Shown here: positions 46,137 to 56,116 of the stretch, piece by piece
How positions within the stretch are numbered: position 1 is the stretch's first letter
How the letters are laid out: each line of letters opens with the position of its first letter
IMG/VR virus record: IMGVR_UViG_3300020455_000006
Location: 58,670-122,669 of that record
Strand: one strand, 5' to 3'
DNA: 64,000 nt
Origin: a virus
Made by a program: the position numbers and the translations under genes
The notes under the pieces: model-generated
What the model was told of the DNA's origin: nothing
The model's database searches: none
The model's input: only the letters and a program-made list of their open reading frames with translations

Positions 46137-48914
46137 ATGGCATCTCCTGTAATAAAAATTAAGCGTTCTGCCGTACAGAACAACGCTCCTACCGCAGCAC
46201 AATTAGAACTAGGTGAATTAGCTCTAAACACGTATGACGGTAAACTCTTCACAGAAATCAATGATGGCACCACATCAATAGTAGAGATAGGTGGGCATCT
46301 AAAGCATTTAGCAGCGACTGGAATATCAACATTTGGATCAGATAAGGTAGTAGTAGGTGCAGCACAGACTCAGTTTTTAGTAAGAGGAAATGGAAGAGTA
46401 GTCGGTGTTCTTACCGTAGGAAGTGGAAGTGTAACACTCAATGATGATAGTGTAAATGTTGGAGCAGGTACAACGATTCTCACCACTGGATTTCAAATCG
46501 GTGGTAGTGGTGTTTTTGTCCACTCAACTGGATATAACGTAGGTAATACATTTGTTCACAATGCAGGTATTACAGGAGCAGGTGCAAACTTATCTGGAAT
46601 TGTAACTTCTGTAGGATTAGATATCAATGGAAATATAAGTGTCTCTGGAACGGTAGATGGTCGTGATATAGCAACTGATGGTTCTAAATTAGATGGAATA
46701 GAAGCTTCAGCTACTGCTGACCAAACTGCTGCAGAAATAAGAACACTTGTAGAAAGTGCTAGTGATTCCAACGTATTCACTGATGCTGACCATACTAAGT
46801 TAAATGCAATAGAAGCAAGTGCAACTGCTGATCAGACTGCTGCTGAAATCAGAACACTTGTAGAAAGTGCTAGTGATTCCAACGTATTCACTGATGCTGA
46901 CCATAGCAAACTAAACGCTATAGAAGCTAGTGCTACTGCAGATCAAACAGCAGCAGAAATCAAGACTTTACTCAATAGTAATGGTCTTGTTAATGCTCAA
47001 ATAGATGCAAGTGCAGCGATAGCTGGAACAAAGATTTCTCCTGATTTTGGTTCGCAAACTATTGCAACTTCTGGTGTTACTAATTTATCAGGAGAATTGA
47101 GGGCTAATGCAAATATAAAGATGACTAATGCTAGTCCAAAAATTACTTTTACTGATGATAATGATAATCCAGATTTTGAGATTGGTAATTTAAACGGAAT
47201 ATTTAGAATTAGAGATGCAACCAATAGTGCAAACAGGTTAGTTGTAAATACTGATGGTCACGTTGATGTACTTGGCAACTTAGACGTAGGTGCTGGCATT
47301 GATGTCACAGGGAATATCACAGTTTCAGGAACCGTAGACGGAAGAGATGTAGCTACTGATGGAACAAAGTTAGACGGAATTGAAGCCAGTGCAGACGTAA
47401 CTGACGCAACAAACGTTAATGCTGCTGGTGCTGTCATGAATAGTGACTCAACCACAGCAAGTATGAGTTTTGTTGTAGATGAAGATAATATGTCATCTGA
47501 TAGTTCTACAAAGGTACCAACACAGCAGTCAGTCAAAGCATATGTAGATTCTGAGGTTAGTGGTCTGGTTGATTCTGCACCAGGTGCGTTGAATACACTC
47601 AATGAACTCGCAGCAGCACTTGGAGATGACGCTAACTTTTCGACAACTGTTACAAACTCTATAGCAACAAAACTTCCTCTCGGTGGAGGAACAATGACTG
47701 GCAATATTGTCATGTCTGGTTCTCAAACTGTTGATGGAAGAGACTTATCTGTAGATGGTGCAAAATTAGATGCCATAGAGAGTAGTGCCACCGCAGATCA
47801 GACAGCAGCAGAAATACGTACCTTAGTTGAAAGTGCTAGTGACAGTAACGTGTTTACTGATGCAGACCACTCAAAACTTAATGCAATTGAAGCGTCAGCG
47901 ACTGCCGATCAGACAGCAGCAGAAATACGTACCTTAGTTGAAAGTGCTAGTGACAGTAACGCTGGATTAGATGCAGATACTTTAGATGGTGTTAGTTCAG
48001 GATCATTTGTAAGATCAGACGCTACTGATACAGTGTCAGGTGCACTTACATTTACAAATGACGCTACATTTACTGGAAAAATATCTGCATCTAATAATGC
48101 TATACATGCAAATGTATATTCAACTGGTATATCAACAATATCTGGATTCAGATTCCCTACATCCGACGGGGATGAAGACCAAGCTCTTGTCACGGATGGA
48201 TCGGGTTCTCTCTCATTCAAGACTCTATCAGGTGGTGGAGGTGGTGCTACAGGTGCTGCTACAACAATTTCAGCAGGTATAACCACTGCAACTCAAGGAC
48301 AAACAGCCTTCAGCACTCCCCATCCACATAATGATGGCACAAGCACATATAGTTGCCAAGTCTTTGTGAATGGTATAAAGCAAAGACCACAAGGTGCTAG
48401 TTCAACAAAAGACTTTACAACATCAAGTAATTCTACAATTACATTTGTAGAGGGATTGACTGTAGGTGCTGAAGTCGTTTCCGTGGTTTACTTCGGTCAT
48501 ACGATTGATGAGGAATACTTCACAGCGACACAGGGTCAAGTTCTATTTCCTCTCTCAGGAAGTCTGTCAGCCCAGAAAAACTTCAGAGTATTTGTCAATG
48601 GTGTAAAACAAAGAGTTGGATCTGATTTTGGTGTTGCTGCTCCTGTAACATTAGTGCAAGCCTGTGCAGAGGGTGCACACGTAGAAATAGTTTGTGATAA
48701 CGCAGAAGATGCTTTCGTTGCTACAGATCAACAAACAAACTTTACTCCAACATCAACGGATATAAGTGAAGACAACATGCAAGTGTTTGTCAACGGTGTT
48801 CAGTTATTCAAAGGTCTTGACTATACAATAGGAAGTCCATCTGTAACATTCACTGATGCTACAGGTCTCACGGTAGGTGATGAGGTCGATGTATGTATCA
48901 GACGTACCGCATAA
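46137..48914 (+). CDS. Tail fibre protein 2
   Basis: N-terminal IKRSA..P..LELGELALNTYDGKLF; 37-aa repeats; APGALNTLNELAAALGDD; LDADTLDG; C-terminal ATQGQ/VFVNG domains. Confidence 0.88.
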   Translation: MASPVIKIKRSAVQNNAPTAAQLELGELALNTYDGKLFTEINDGTTSIVEIGGHLKHLAATGISTFGSDKVVVGAAQTQFLVRGNGRVVGVLTVGSGSVTLNDDSVNVGAGTTILTTGFQIGGSGVFVHSTGYNVGNTFVHNAGITGAGANLSGIVTSVGLDINGNISVSGTVDGRDIATDGSKLDGIEASATADQTAAEIRTLVESASDSNVFTDADHTKLNAIEASATADQTAAEIRTLVESASDSNVFTDADHSKLNAIEASATADQTAAEIKTLLNSNGLVNAQIDASAAIAGTKISPDFGSQTIATSGVTNLSGELRANANIKMTNASPKITFTDDNDNPDFEIGNLNGIFRIRDATNSANRLVVNTDGHVDVLGNLDVGAGIDVTGNITVSGTVDGRDVATDGTKLDGIEASADVTDATNVNAAGAVMNSDSTTASMSFVVDEDNMSSDSSTKVPTQQSVKAYVDSEVSGLVDSAPGALNTLNELAAALGDDANFSTTVTNSIATKLPLGGGTMTGNIVMSGSQTVDGRDLSVDGAKLDAIESSATADQTAAEIRTLVESASDSNVFTDADHSKLNAIEASATADQTAAEIRTLVESASDSNAGLDADTLDGVSSGSFVRSDATDTVSGALTFTNDATFTGKISASNNAIHANVYSTGISTISGFRFPTSDGDEDQALVTDGSGSLSFKTLSGGGGGATGAATTISAGITTATQGQTAFSTPHPHNDGTSTYSCQVFVNGIKQRPQGASSTKDFTTSSNSTITFVEGLTVGAEVVSVVYFGHTIDEEYFTATQGQVLFPLSGSLSAQKNFRVFVNGVKQRVGSDFGVAAPVTLVQACAEGAHVEIVCDNAEDAFVATDQQTNFTPTSTDISEDNMQVFVNGVQLFKGLDYTIGSPSVTFTDATGLTVGDEVDVCIRRTA
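46698..47961 (+). repeat. 111-bp (37-aa) coding repeats in two blocks
   Basis: Unit IEASATADQTAAEIRTLVESASDSNVFTDADHxKLNA; identical 55-nt pairs at 46740/46851 and 47796/47907. Confidence 0.9.
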
Positions 48915-48934
48915 ATACAAAAAAGTAGTTAGAA

Positions 48935-49789
48935 ATGCCAAGCACTAGACAGGAATTAATTGAATATGGCAAGAGGCAGTTGGGTCATCCTGTCTTGGAG
49001 ATCAACATAGCCGATGAACAAATTGAAGATAATTTAGATGATACTATAATCTTTTATCAAGATCGTCATATGGATGGTGTTGAAAAGATGTATCTAAAGC
49101 ATAAGATAACTAAAGATTTTACTGATACTATACAAGCAACCAGTTCTCCAACTCGTAAAGAGGCAGCAACTGGTCTTACTACAACCACATCTCCGAGTGT
49201 AAACATAACAGGTGTTGGTACTACCACGTTTTCATTTGAAGAGACACAGAACTTTATACAAGTGCCAGATGCTGTGATAGGTATTGAGAAGGTATGGAAA
49301 GTAGATAGTCGTGCGATAGCATCTAACATGTTCAACATAACATATCAGTTATTTTTGAACGAGATATACTACTTTAGTTCTATGGAGTTGTTGAGTTACA
49401 CTCAGACAAAGAGATACCTTGAAGATATAGATTTTATATTACACCCAGATAAACAGATAAGATTCAACAGAAGACAAAATAGATTATACATTGATAGTGA
49501 TTATAGTAGTATGAAGGAGGATGATTATCTTATCATAGAGTGCTATAGAGTATTAGATCCTAATGATTACCCAAAGGTTTACAACGACAGGTGGATTAAA
49601 AATTACTTTACTGCAAAACTCAAAAAACAGTGGGGTCAAAATCTTATAAAATTCCAAGGAGTCAAATTGCCAGGTGGTGTAGAACTAAATGGTAGACAGA
49701 TATACGAAGACGGGGTTGCTGAAATACAAGCACTTGAAGATAAGATGACAACCGAGTACGAATTACCACCACTTGACTTTATAGGATAA
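48935..49789 (+). CDS. gp13: Neck protein gp13
   Basis: RQLGHPVLEIN, KQWGQNLIKF.GVKLPGG..LNG, PPLDFIG. Confidence 0.95.
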   Translation: MPSTRQELIEYGKRQLGHPVLEINIADEQIEDNLDDTIIFYQDRHMDGVEKMYLKHKITKDFTDTIQATSSPTRKEAATGLTTTTSPSVNITGVGTTTFSFEETQNFIQVPDAVIGIEKVWKVDSRAIASNMFNITYQLFLNEIYYFSSMELLSYTQTKRYLEDIDFILHPDKQIRFNRRQNRLYIDSDYSSMKEDDYLIIECYRVLDPNDYPKVYNDRWIKNYFTAKLKKQWGQNLIKFQGVKLPGGVELNGRQIYEDGVAEIQALEDKMTTEYELPPLDFIG

Positions 49790-51177
49790 TGGCACTGAAT
49801 CCTTATTTTTTACAAGGTAGTCAAGGAGAGCAAAGACTTTTACAAGATCTTGCAAACGAGACTATACAAATACATGGCATAGAGTTTGTCTATATGCCAC
49901 GTATCTTTGTCAATACAAAAACTATTTTGAGAGAGGTCACAACATCAAAGTTTGATAAAGCATTTCCAATAGAAGGTTATATAAAGTCATACGAAGGATT
50001 TGATTCTGGATATAATTTACTAACAAAATTTGGTGTTAGATCAACAGCCAACATGGAAGTGTTGATATCACAAGAGAGATATAAAGAATATATTTTACCA
50101 TTACTACGGGGTGTTACAGGACTCACAGATGATCCTGAGAGACCCCTAGAAGGTGATCTATTATATTTTCCACTAAGAGATATATTATTTGAAATCAAGT
50201 ATGTAGATGATGTTGTTGATTTCTATCAACTTAGAAAAAATTACACATACCAATTAACACTTGAGCCATTCGAGTATGGAGAAGAAGAAATCAATACTGG
50301 ATTAGATGCTGTTGATGATGATTTCAGAACTGCTGGATATAATGTAACTATGATATTAGTTGCTGCAGGTTCAACTGCTACAGCGACTGCTGCATTAGCG
50401 TCTGGAGGTATTCATAAGATAGATGTTGTATCAGGTGGTAGTGGATATAGTAATGCACCTACAATACAAGTAGCAGCACCTATAGGAGTTGGTAGAACAG
50501 CAACTGCAGTAGCACTTACAACTTCATTTGGTACATCTAATTTCAAAACATTATCAGTATCATCTATCAAAATTACCGATCCTGGTTTTGGATATACAAG
50601 CATACCTACGGTTGAATTTATTACTGATGACAATAAAGGATCGGGAGCAGTAGGGTCTGCAGGTATTGCTACAACAGGTAGTGTAGGACCTATTACATTA
50701 CAAAGTGCTGGATCACAATACTCTCAGAATCCTTCACTTACATTTTCTGCTGCACCTGCAGGTGGTACAACTGCAATTGGTACAGCGTTTATCAATACAA
50801 CAACAAAACAAGTATCAAGAATTGAAATATCAAATGCTGGATTTGGATATACAGTAGCACCTACAATCACAATCGGTGCTGCATCTACAATCGGATTTGG
50901 TACATATCATTATGGAGATACGATCATCGGTCAATCATCACTCACAAGTGCATTTGTTACTAATTGGGATAATCCTACAGGTAAGTTACTTGCACGTAAT
51001 CTCACTGGTCAATTCTCAGTTGGAGAAACTATTACCAATAATAATGGTGCTGCATACGTTCTAAATAATATCAACTATGATGATGACGACGTTGTAAACT
51101 CTGGTGATGAGATACAAACTTACTCTGATAGTTCAATCTTAGATTTCACAGAGATCAACCCATTTGGTGAGGTATAA
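49789..51177 (+). CDS. gp14: Neck protein gp14 with internal beta-repeat insertion
   Basis: EQRLLQDL..E.I, YMPR, RPLEGDLLYFP, C-terminal DFTEINPFG. Confidence 0.92.
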   Translation: MALNPYFLQGSQGEQRLLQDLANETIQIHGIEFVYMPRIFVNTKTILREVTTSKFDKAFPIEGYIKSYEGFDSGYNLLTKFGVRSTANMEVLISQERYKEYILPLLRGVTGLTDDPERPLEGDLLYFPLRDILFEIKYVDDVVDFYQLRKNYTYQLTLEPFEYGEEEINTGLDAVDDDFRTAGYNVTMILVAAGSTATATAALASGGIHKIDVVSGGSGYSNAPTIQVAAPIGVGRTATAVALTTSFGTSNFKTLSVSSIKITDPGFGYTSIPTVEFITDDNKGSGAVGSAGIATTGSVGPITLQSAGSQYSQNPSLTFSAAPAGGTTAIGTAFINTTTKQVSRIEISNAGFGYTVAPTITIGAASTIGFGTYHYGDTIIGQSSLTSAFVTNWDNPTGKLLARNLTGQFSVGETITNNNGAAYVLNNINYDDDDVVNSGDEIQTYSDSSILDFTEINPFGEV

Positions 51178-52229
51178 TGTTAGGTAATTTTTTCTACAAC
51201 GAGACGATAAGAAAGTCTGTAATAGCATTTGGTACGCTATTCAATAATATCAATATCAAAAAATTTGCTGCAGATGGTAAGACATTGAGCACGGTAAAGG
51301 TTCCGATAGCATACGGACCTATGCAAAGATTCTTGGCACGTATTGAGCAACAAGGAAATTTTGATGATAACGTTGCTATTTCTTTACCTAGATTGTCATT
51401 TGAGTTACAATCATATACTTACGACCCTACAAGAAAAGCATCACCTATTCAAAAGTTTTTCTTTCAGACACCTACTGATAAAAAGAAAGTCAAGAAGATG
51501 TTTCTTCCTGTGCCATATGACATAGGATTCAGACTGAGTTTTGCATGTAAATTACAAGACGATGCACTTCAAATTATAGAACAGATATTACCATTCTTCC
51601 AACCATCATTTCAAGTCACAGTTAACATGCTTGAAGGTGCAGATGAGAAAAGAGATATACCATTTACTCTCAGAAATGTATCATTTACAGATGAATATGA
51701 GGGAGATTTTTCTACTCGTAGATTTATACAATATGATTTAGATTTTGTGTGTAAAACATATTTCTATCAAGAAGTCCCAACTGATGCACAGGGTGTTATC
51801 AAGAAAGTACAAATTGATTACTCAACAAATATTAGAGCACCTAGATCACAAAGATATACTGTTGTACCTGCAGCAACGAAAGATTATAACGATGATACTG
51901 CGACAACCATCACAGCAAGTGTAGATAAAACAAAGACACTTGTCAGAGTAAATTCTGCTGCATCTCTCTCCACTAAAACTTATGTTGAGATAGATAAGGA
52001 AGTAATGTATATCAATGAGATTGATGGCAACAATCTTGTTGTCAAGAGAGGACAGTATGGATCTATAATTACAGAGCACTTTGATGGTGCTATTGTAAGT
52101 CAGGTAGATGCTGTTGACTCAGATCTCATTGAAGTTGGTGACGACTTTGGATTCAGTGAAACTAGATCGTTCTTTGATGTAGATGGTCAAACCTTTAGTC
52201 CACAACAAGGACAGGATGTGAATAACTAA
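51177..52229 (+). CDS. gp15: Tail sheath stabiliser/terminator gp15
   Basis: FGTLFNNI, VPIAYGP, LPRLSFE, QIIEQILPFFQP. Confidence 0.95.
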   Translation: MLGNFFYNETIRKSVIAFGTLFNNINIKKFAADGKTLSTVKVPIAYGPMQRFLARIEQQGNFDDNVAISLPRLSFELQSYTYDPTRKASPIQKFFFQTPTDKKKVKKMFLPVPYDIGFRLSFACKLQDDALQIIEQILPFFQPSFQVTVNMLEGADEKRDIPFTLRNVSFTDEYEGDFSTRRFIQYDLDFVCKTYFYQEVPTDAQGVIKKVQIDYSTNIRAPRSQRYTVVPAATKDYNDDTATTITASVDKTKTLVRVNSAASLSTKTYVEIDKEVMYINEIDGNNLVVKRGQYGSIITEHFDGAIVSQVDAVDSDLIEVGDDFGFSETRSFFDVDGQTFSPQQGQDVNN

Positions 52230-52642
52230 TGGAAAATTATGAAGCTATTGACAAAGCATTAGAAGTCAAAGCAGAAATTGAACATCGTATCAAACCTAAG
52301 AAAAAGGTTGTAAAGGTTGATGAGGATGCACCTCAAAAAGACTATGAATATAGTCGTGCACAATTATACAATCTTGTAGAGAAAGGACAGGAAGCAGTGA
52401 ATGGTATACTTGACGTATGCCAAGACTCACAGCATCCAAGAGCATACGAAGTTGCAGGTCAATTGATCAAGCATGTAGGTGATGTAACAGATAAGATAGT
52501 TGATCTACAGAAAAAAATGAAGGCATTAGATGAAGATAAAGGACCTAAGAATGTTACTAATAATGCACTGTTTGTAGGAAGTACATCGGATCTACAAAAG
52601 ATGCTAAAGAAAGGAATTCTAAATAATAAGGAATCAGAGTAA
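52229..52642 (+). CDS. gp16: Terminase small subunit gp16
   Basis: DYEYSR, HPRAYEVAGQLIK, NNALFVGSTSDLQK. Confidence 0.95.
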   Translation: MENYEAIDKALEVKAEIEHRIKPKKKVVKVDEDAPQKDYEYSRAQLYNLVEKGQEAVNGILDVCQDSQHPRAYEVAGQLIKHVGDVTDKIVDLQKKMKALDEDKGPKNVTNNALFVGSTSDLQKMLKKGILNNKESE

Positions 52643-52644
52643 CT

Positions 52645-53298
52645 ATGGACATACTAGACCTAGCACTGGAAAGAAGAAAAGTTAGGATGAATGAGGCTGT
52701 TGTCTCTGGAACTCTTGCTGTATTAGGAAAAGGTGCACTTGTTGCAGGTAAAGCTATAGGAAAAGGAGCTTTAGTTGCAGGTAAAGCAGGTGCAAAGGCA
52801 GGTGCTAAAGGAGGAAAATTAGTAGCAAAAGGTGCAGCAAAAGGTGCAAAAGGTTCCACAAAAGTTATCAATCCTACAGTTGTGGGTGGTGAGGTAAAGA
52901 AAACTACAACGATAGCAAAGAATGTAAAACCAAAGTCAGGTCCTACTATTGATGTAAAGGCAACAGAGGTTAAGGATGCTAAGAAAGCAACTATGTCAGC
53001 TAAGTCTAGTACTCCTAAAACAAAGTATGGTAAGTCAAAAGGTGGTGATATACAAAAATCTCAGAGTAGTGATATAACAAATAAAGGTAAAGATCAGGTT
53101 GATCCTAAAAAAAATCCAGAGGCAGAAAAACCAAAAGATGAACCAAAAAAAGAAGAACCTAAAAAGGATAATAAAAATAACAAGAAGAAGGGAAAGTCTC
53201 CAGATGTAATAGGTGCAGCTAGTAGGGCGTATGGTAAAACATCCTTCTCAGTCAAAGAACAAAAAACATTTAGAGATTTCTTAGTTCTCTTACAATAA
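52645..53298 (+). CDS. Lys/Ala/Gly-rich low-complexity protein
   Basis: GKGALVAGKA repeats, C-terminal KTFRDFL; late promoter at 52619. Confidence 0.75.
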   Translation: MDILDLALERRKVRMNEAVVSGTLAVLGKGALVAGKAIGKGALVAGKAGAKAGAKGGKLVAKGAAKGAKGSTKVINPTVVGGEVKKTTTIAKNVKPKSGPTIDVKATEVKDAKKATMSAKSSTPKTKYGKSKGGDIQKSQSSDITNKGKDQVDPKKNPEAEKPKDEPKKEEPKKDNKNNKKKGKSPDVIGAASRAYGKTSFSVKEQKTFRDFLVLLQ

Positions 53299-53303
53299 TA
53301 AAA

Positions 53304-54962
53304 ATGCCTACAGCAAGTGACATCTATCTTGGTAATCCAAATCTAAAAAAGGCAAATACAACTCAAGAATTTACAGAGGAGCACATAGTAGAGTTTCTTA
53401 AGTGCAAGGATAACCCTGTATATTTTACTGAAAAACATATCAAGATTGTGAACGTGGATGAAGGATTGGTGTCCTTCAACATGTACAAGTATCAGAAGAA
53501 GTTAATCAAAAATTTCCATAAACATAGATTCAACATATGTAAAATGCCACGTCAGACTGGTAAGTCAACGACAGTGGTATCGTATCTTTTGCACTATGCA
53601 ATATTCAACGATAATGTCAACATTGGTATCCTCGCAAACAAGGCAGCTACTGCTAGAGATTTGCTCGGAAGACTACAAATGGCGTACGAAAACTTGCCGA
53701 GGTGGATGCAGCAAGGAATTGTAGCATGGAATAAAGGTTCATTAGAATTAGAAAATGGATCTAAGATTATTGCTGCTTCTACATCAGCATCGGCTGTTCG
53801 AGGTATGTCATTCAACATCATCTTCCTTGATGAGTTTGCTTTCGTGCAAAACCATCTGGCAGATGATTTCTTTGCGTCTGTATATCCTACTATATCTTCT
53901 GGTAAATCTACGAAGGTTATAATAGTATCTACACCTCATGGTATGAATCACTTCTATCGAATGTGGCATGATGCTGAACGTGGTCAGAATGAGTATGTTG
54001 CTACAGAGGTGCACTGGTCTGAAGTACCAGGTAGAGATAAGAAATGGAAAGAGCAAACAATAAGAAACACAAGTAAACAGCAGTTTGCTATCGAGTTCGA
54101 GTGTGAATTTTTAGGATCAGTCGATACTCTTGTTAGTGCAGCAAAACTTAAGTCACTGGTATATGAACAACCAGTAGAACAGAATGGTAAATTATCTGTG
54201 TATGAAAAACCATACAAGAAAAGAGATTATATTATCACTGTTGACGTAGCAAGGGGAGTAGGAAAAGATTATAGTGCATTTATTGTAGCCGACATCACAG
54301 AGTTTCCTTATAAAGTGGTGGCGACATATAGAGACAATGAGATCAAACCCATGCTCTTCCCCTCTGTGATTGCAGATGTTGGTAAAGCATATAATGATGC
54401 TTATGTTCTATGTGAGGTCAATGATATTGGTGATCAAGTCGCATCTATACTATTCTATGATCTTGAATATGAAAACTTATTGATGGTTGCTATGAGAGGA
54501 CGTGCAGGTCAGATTGTAGGTTCAGGATTCTCTGGTGTAAAAACACAGTTGGGTGTCAAGATGAGTACAACAACCAAGAAGATAGGTTGTTCTAACCTAA
54601 GAACACTGGTAGAAGAAGACAAACTAACTTTCTGTGATTATAATATCATAAGTGAACTTACTACGTTTGTTTCTAAGAAACAATCATTTGAGGCAGAAGA
54701 TGGATGTAATGATGACCTTGCTATGTGTCTGGTTATATTCTCGTGGTTAGTTGCACAAGATTATTTTAAAGAGATGACTGATTCTGATGTAAGAAAGAGA
54801 ATATATGAAGAACAGAAAAATGCAATAGAACAAGACATGGCACCATTCGGTTTCGTGAGTGATGGGTTTGAATTAGAAGAACAAACCACAGTAGAATCTG
54901 ATGGCACTGTATGGAAAACAGACGAGTATGGTGACAGATCTTACATGTGGGATTATATGTAA
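53304..54962 (+). CDS. gp17: Terminase large subunit gp17
   Basis: YLGNPNLK, Walker A PRQTGKST, Walker B IFLDEFAF, nuclease DVARG..DYS and DDL. Confidence 0.98.
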   Translation: MPTASDIYLGNPNLKKANTTQEFTEEHIVEFLKCKDNPVYFTEKHIKIVNVDEGLVSFNMYKYQKKLIKNFHKHRFNICKMPRQTGKSTTVVSYLLHYAIFNDNVNIGILANKAATARDLLGRLQMAYENLPRWMQQGIVAWNKGSLELENGSKIIAASTSASAVRGMSFNIIFLDEFAFVQNHLADDFFASVYPTISSGKSTKVIIVSTPHGMNHFYRMWHDAERGQNEYVATEVHWSEVPGRDKKWKEQTIRNTSKQQFAIEFECEFLGSVDTLVSAAKLKSLVYEQPVEQNGKLSVYEKPYKKRDYIITVDVARGVGKDYSAFIVADITEFPYKVVATYRDNEIKPMLFPSVIADVGKAYNDAYVLCEVNDIGDQVASILFYDLEYENLLMVAMRGRAGQIVGSGFSGVKTQLGVKMSTTTKKIGCSNLRTLVEEDKLTFCDYNIISELTTFVSKKQSFEAEDGCNDDLAMCLVIFSWLVAQDYFKEMTDSDVRKRIYEEQKNAIEQDMAPFGFVSDGFELEEQTTVESDGTVWKTDEYGDRSYMWDYM

Positions 54963-55198
54963 TGGAATTAACTGCAAGTAATGTAATAAAATCATTATCT
55001 GAAATCGCCCCTTATATTGAAGCGGACGGAGGATTTGTAGAGTTTGTAGAGATAGAAGAAGATACAAAGTTTGTCAAAGTTAGATTAGGTGGTGCCTGTA
55101 CAAGTTGTGCAATGAGTGCTATGACACTCAAACAAGGTATTGAAAGTAAAATTCTGCAAGATATTCCAGACTGTAATGGAGTAATACAGGTTCTATAA
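54962..55198 (+). CDS. NifU/NfuA C-terminal domain Fe-S carrier
   Basis: PYIEADGG.VE, VRLGGACTSC, TLKQGIE; start set to the ATG at 54962. Confidence 0.92.
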   Translation: MELTASNVIKSLSEIAPYIEADGGFVEFVEIEEDTKFVKVRLGGACTSCAMSAMTLKQGIESKILQDIPDCNGVIQVL

Positions 55199-55467
55199 TG
55201 ATTGAACCAAAGTGTTTAGATAAATGGGGTTTCTTGGGGTGGAGTGCCACTGGTTACTTACTACCATGTTGTTGGATGGATCATGAAAATATGGATCTTA
55301 TACCTGAACTGGTGCAAGAAAAATTCAAAGTAGAAAATGTTGATTCAATTGATGATATAATACGATCAGAGGAGTGGCAAACTTTTTTTGATACTATAAA
55401 AAACAAGCCAGAAAATGCTCCAAGTGTTTGTCATCATTATTGTGGATCATGTATGGAATCAACCTAG
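55198..55467 (+). CDS. Stand-alone SPASM/twitch-like Fe-S domain protein
   Basis: PKC...GYLLPCCW...VCHHYC. Confidence 0.7.
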   Translation: MIEPKCLDKWGFLGWSATGYLLPCCWMDHENMDLIPELVQEKFKVENVDSIDDIIRSEEWQTFFDTIKNKPENAPSVCHHYCGSCMEST

Positions 55468-56060
55468 ACATATCAAATAGATGTACAAACAGATGTCCTG
55501 GTTGTGCTAGGGAGAAATTCAAGCATGTACCTGGTTCTGATATTACCCTATCAGATATGGAGAAGATTACTGATTTTTTTGAAGCAATAACATTTTGTGG
55601 TCAAGTATCAGACCCCACTCTACATCCTAAGTTTCATGAATTGTTAGCGATATGTATAAAGAAGAACAGAAAGGTTGTAGTCCAGACTGCTGTGGCAGTC
55701 AAACCAAAGATATGGTGGACAAAATCTTTCATGATGTCAATGGATAGAAATGTAGAATGGATATTCGCAATAGACGGTCTACCGAAAGATAGTAATAAGT
55801 ATAGAGTCAATCAAGATGGTGAAAAGTTATATGATATTATGTTGAGATGTGCATCATTTGGTGTCAAAACGCAATGGCAGTATATCGTATTCAACTATAA
55901 CGAGAATGATATCGAATATTGCAAGTCAATTGCGAATGAACATGGTATTAAGTTTTTACAAATAACATCTGGTAGATGGGGAACAGAAGTTTTGAAGTCA
56001 CTTCAACCTTTAAAAAACTATTCAGATATAGGTGGAGTTTCGGTTAGAAAGTACACATAA
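55449..56060 (+). CDS. Radical SAM core-domain protein
   Basis: CTNRCPGC (CxxxCxxC), FCGQVSDP, FAIDG, YRV, F.YNE; start set to the ATG at 55449. Confidence 0.88.
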   Translation: MYGINLDISNRCTNRCPGCAREKFKHVPGSDITLSDMEKITDFFEAITFCGQVSDPTLHPKFHELLAICIKKNRKVVVQTAVAVKPKIWWTKSFMMSMDRNVEWIFAIDGLPKDSNKYRVNQDGEKLYDIMLRCASFGVKTQWQYIVFNYNENDIEYCKSIANEHGIKFLQITSGRWGTEVLKSLQPLKNYSDIGGVSVRKYT

Positions 56061-56116
56061 ATACCAGTTTTTCTAAATAGTTTCAGTCAAAAGTTATGGT
56101 ACTGTAGGGAGTTAGG

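Noticed and set aside
46137-48914. Diversity-generating retroelement or invertible cassette at the fibre genes
   Set aside because: No reverse transcriptase or recombinase is in the window, and the repeat differences are synonymous rather than adenine-specific.
14924-48914. Absence of recognisable T4 gp9-gp12 and wac as a novelty
   Set aside because: Replacement by large VrlC-like and fibre genes is the usual layout in T4-like cyanophages.
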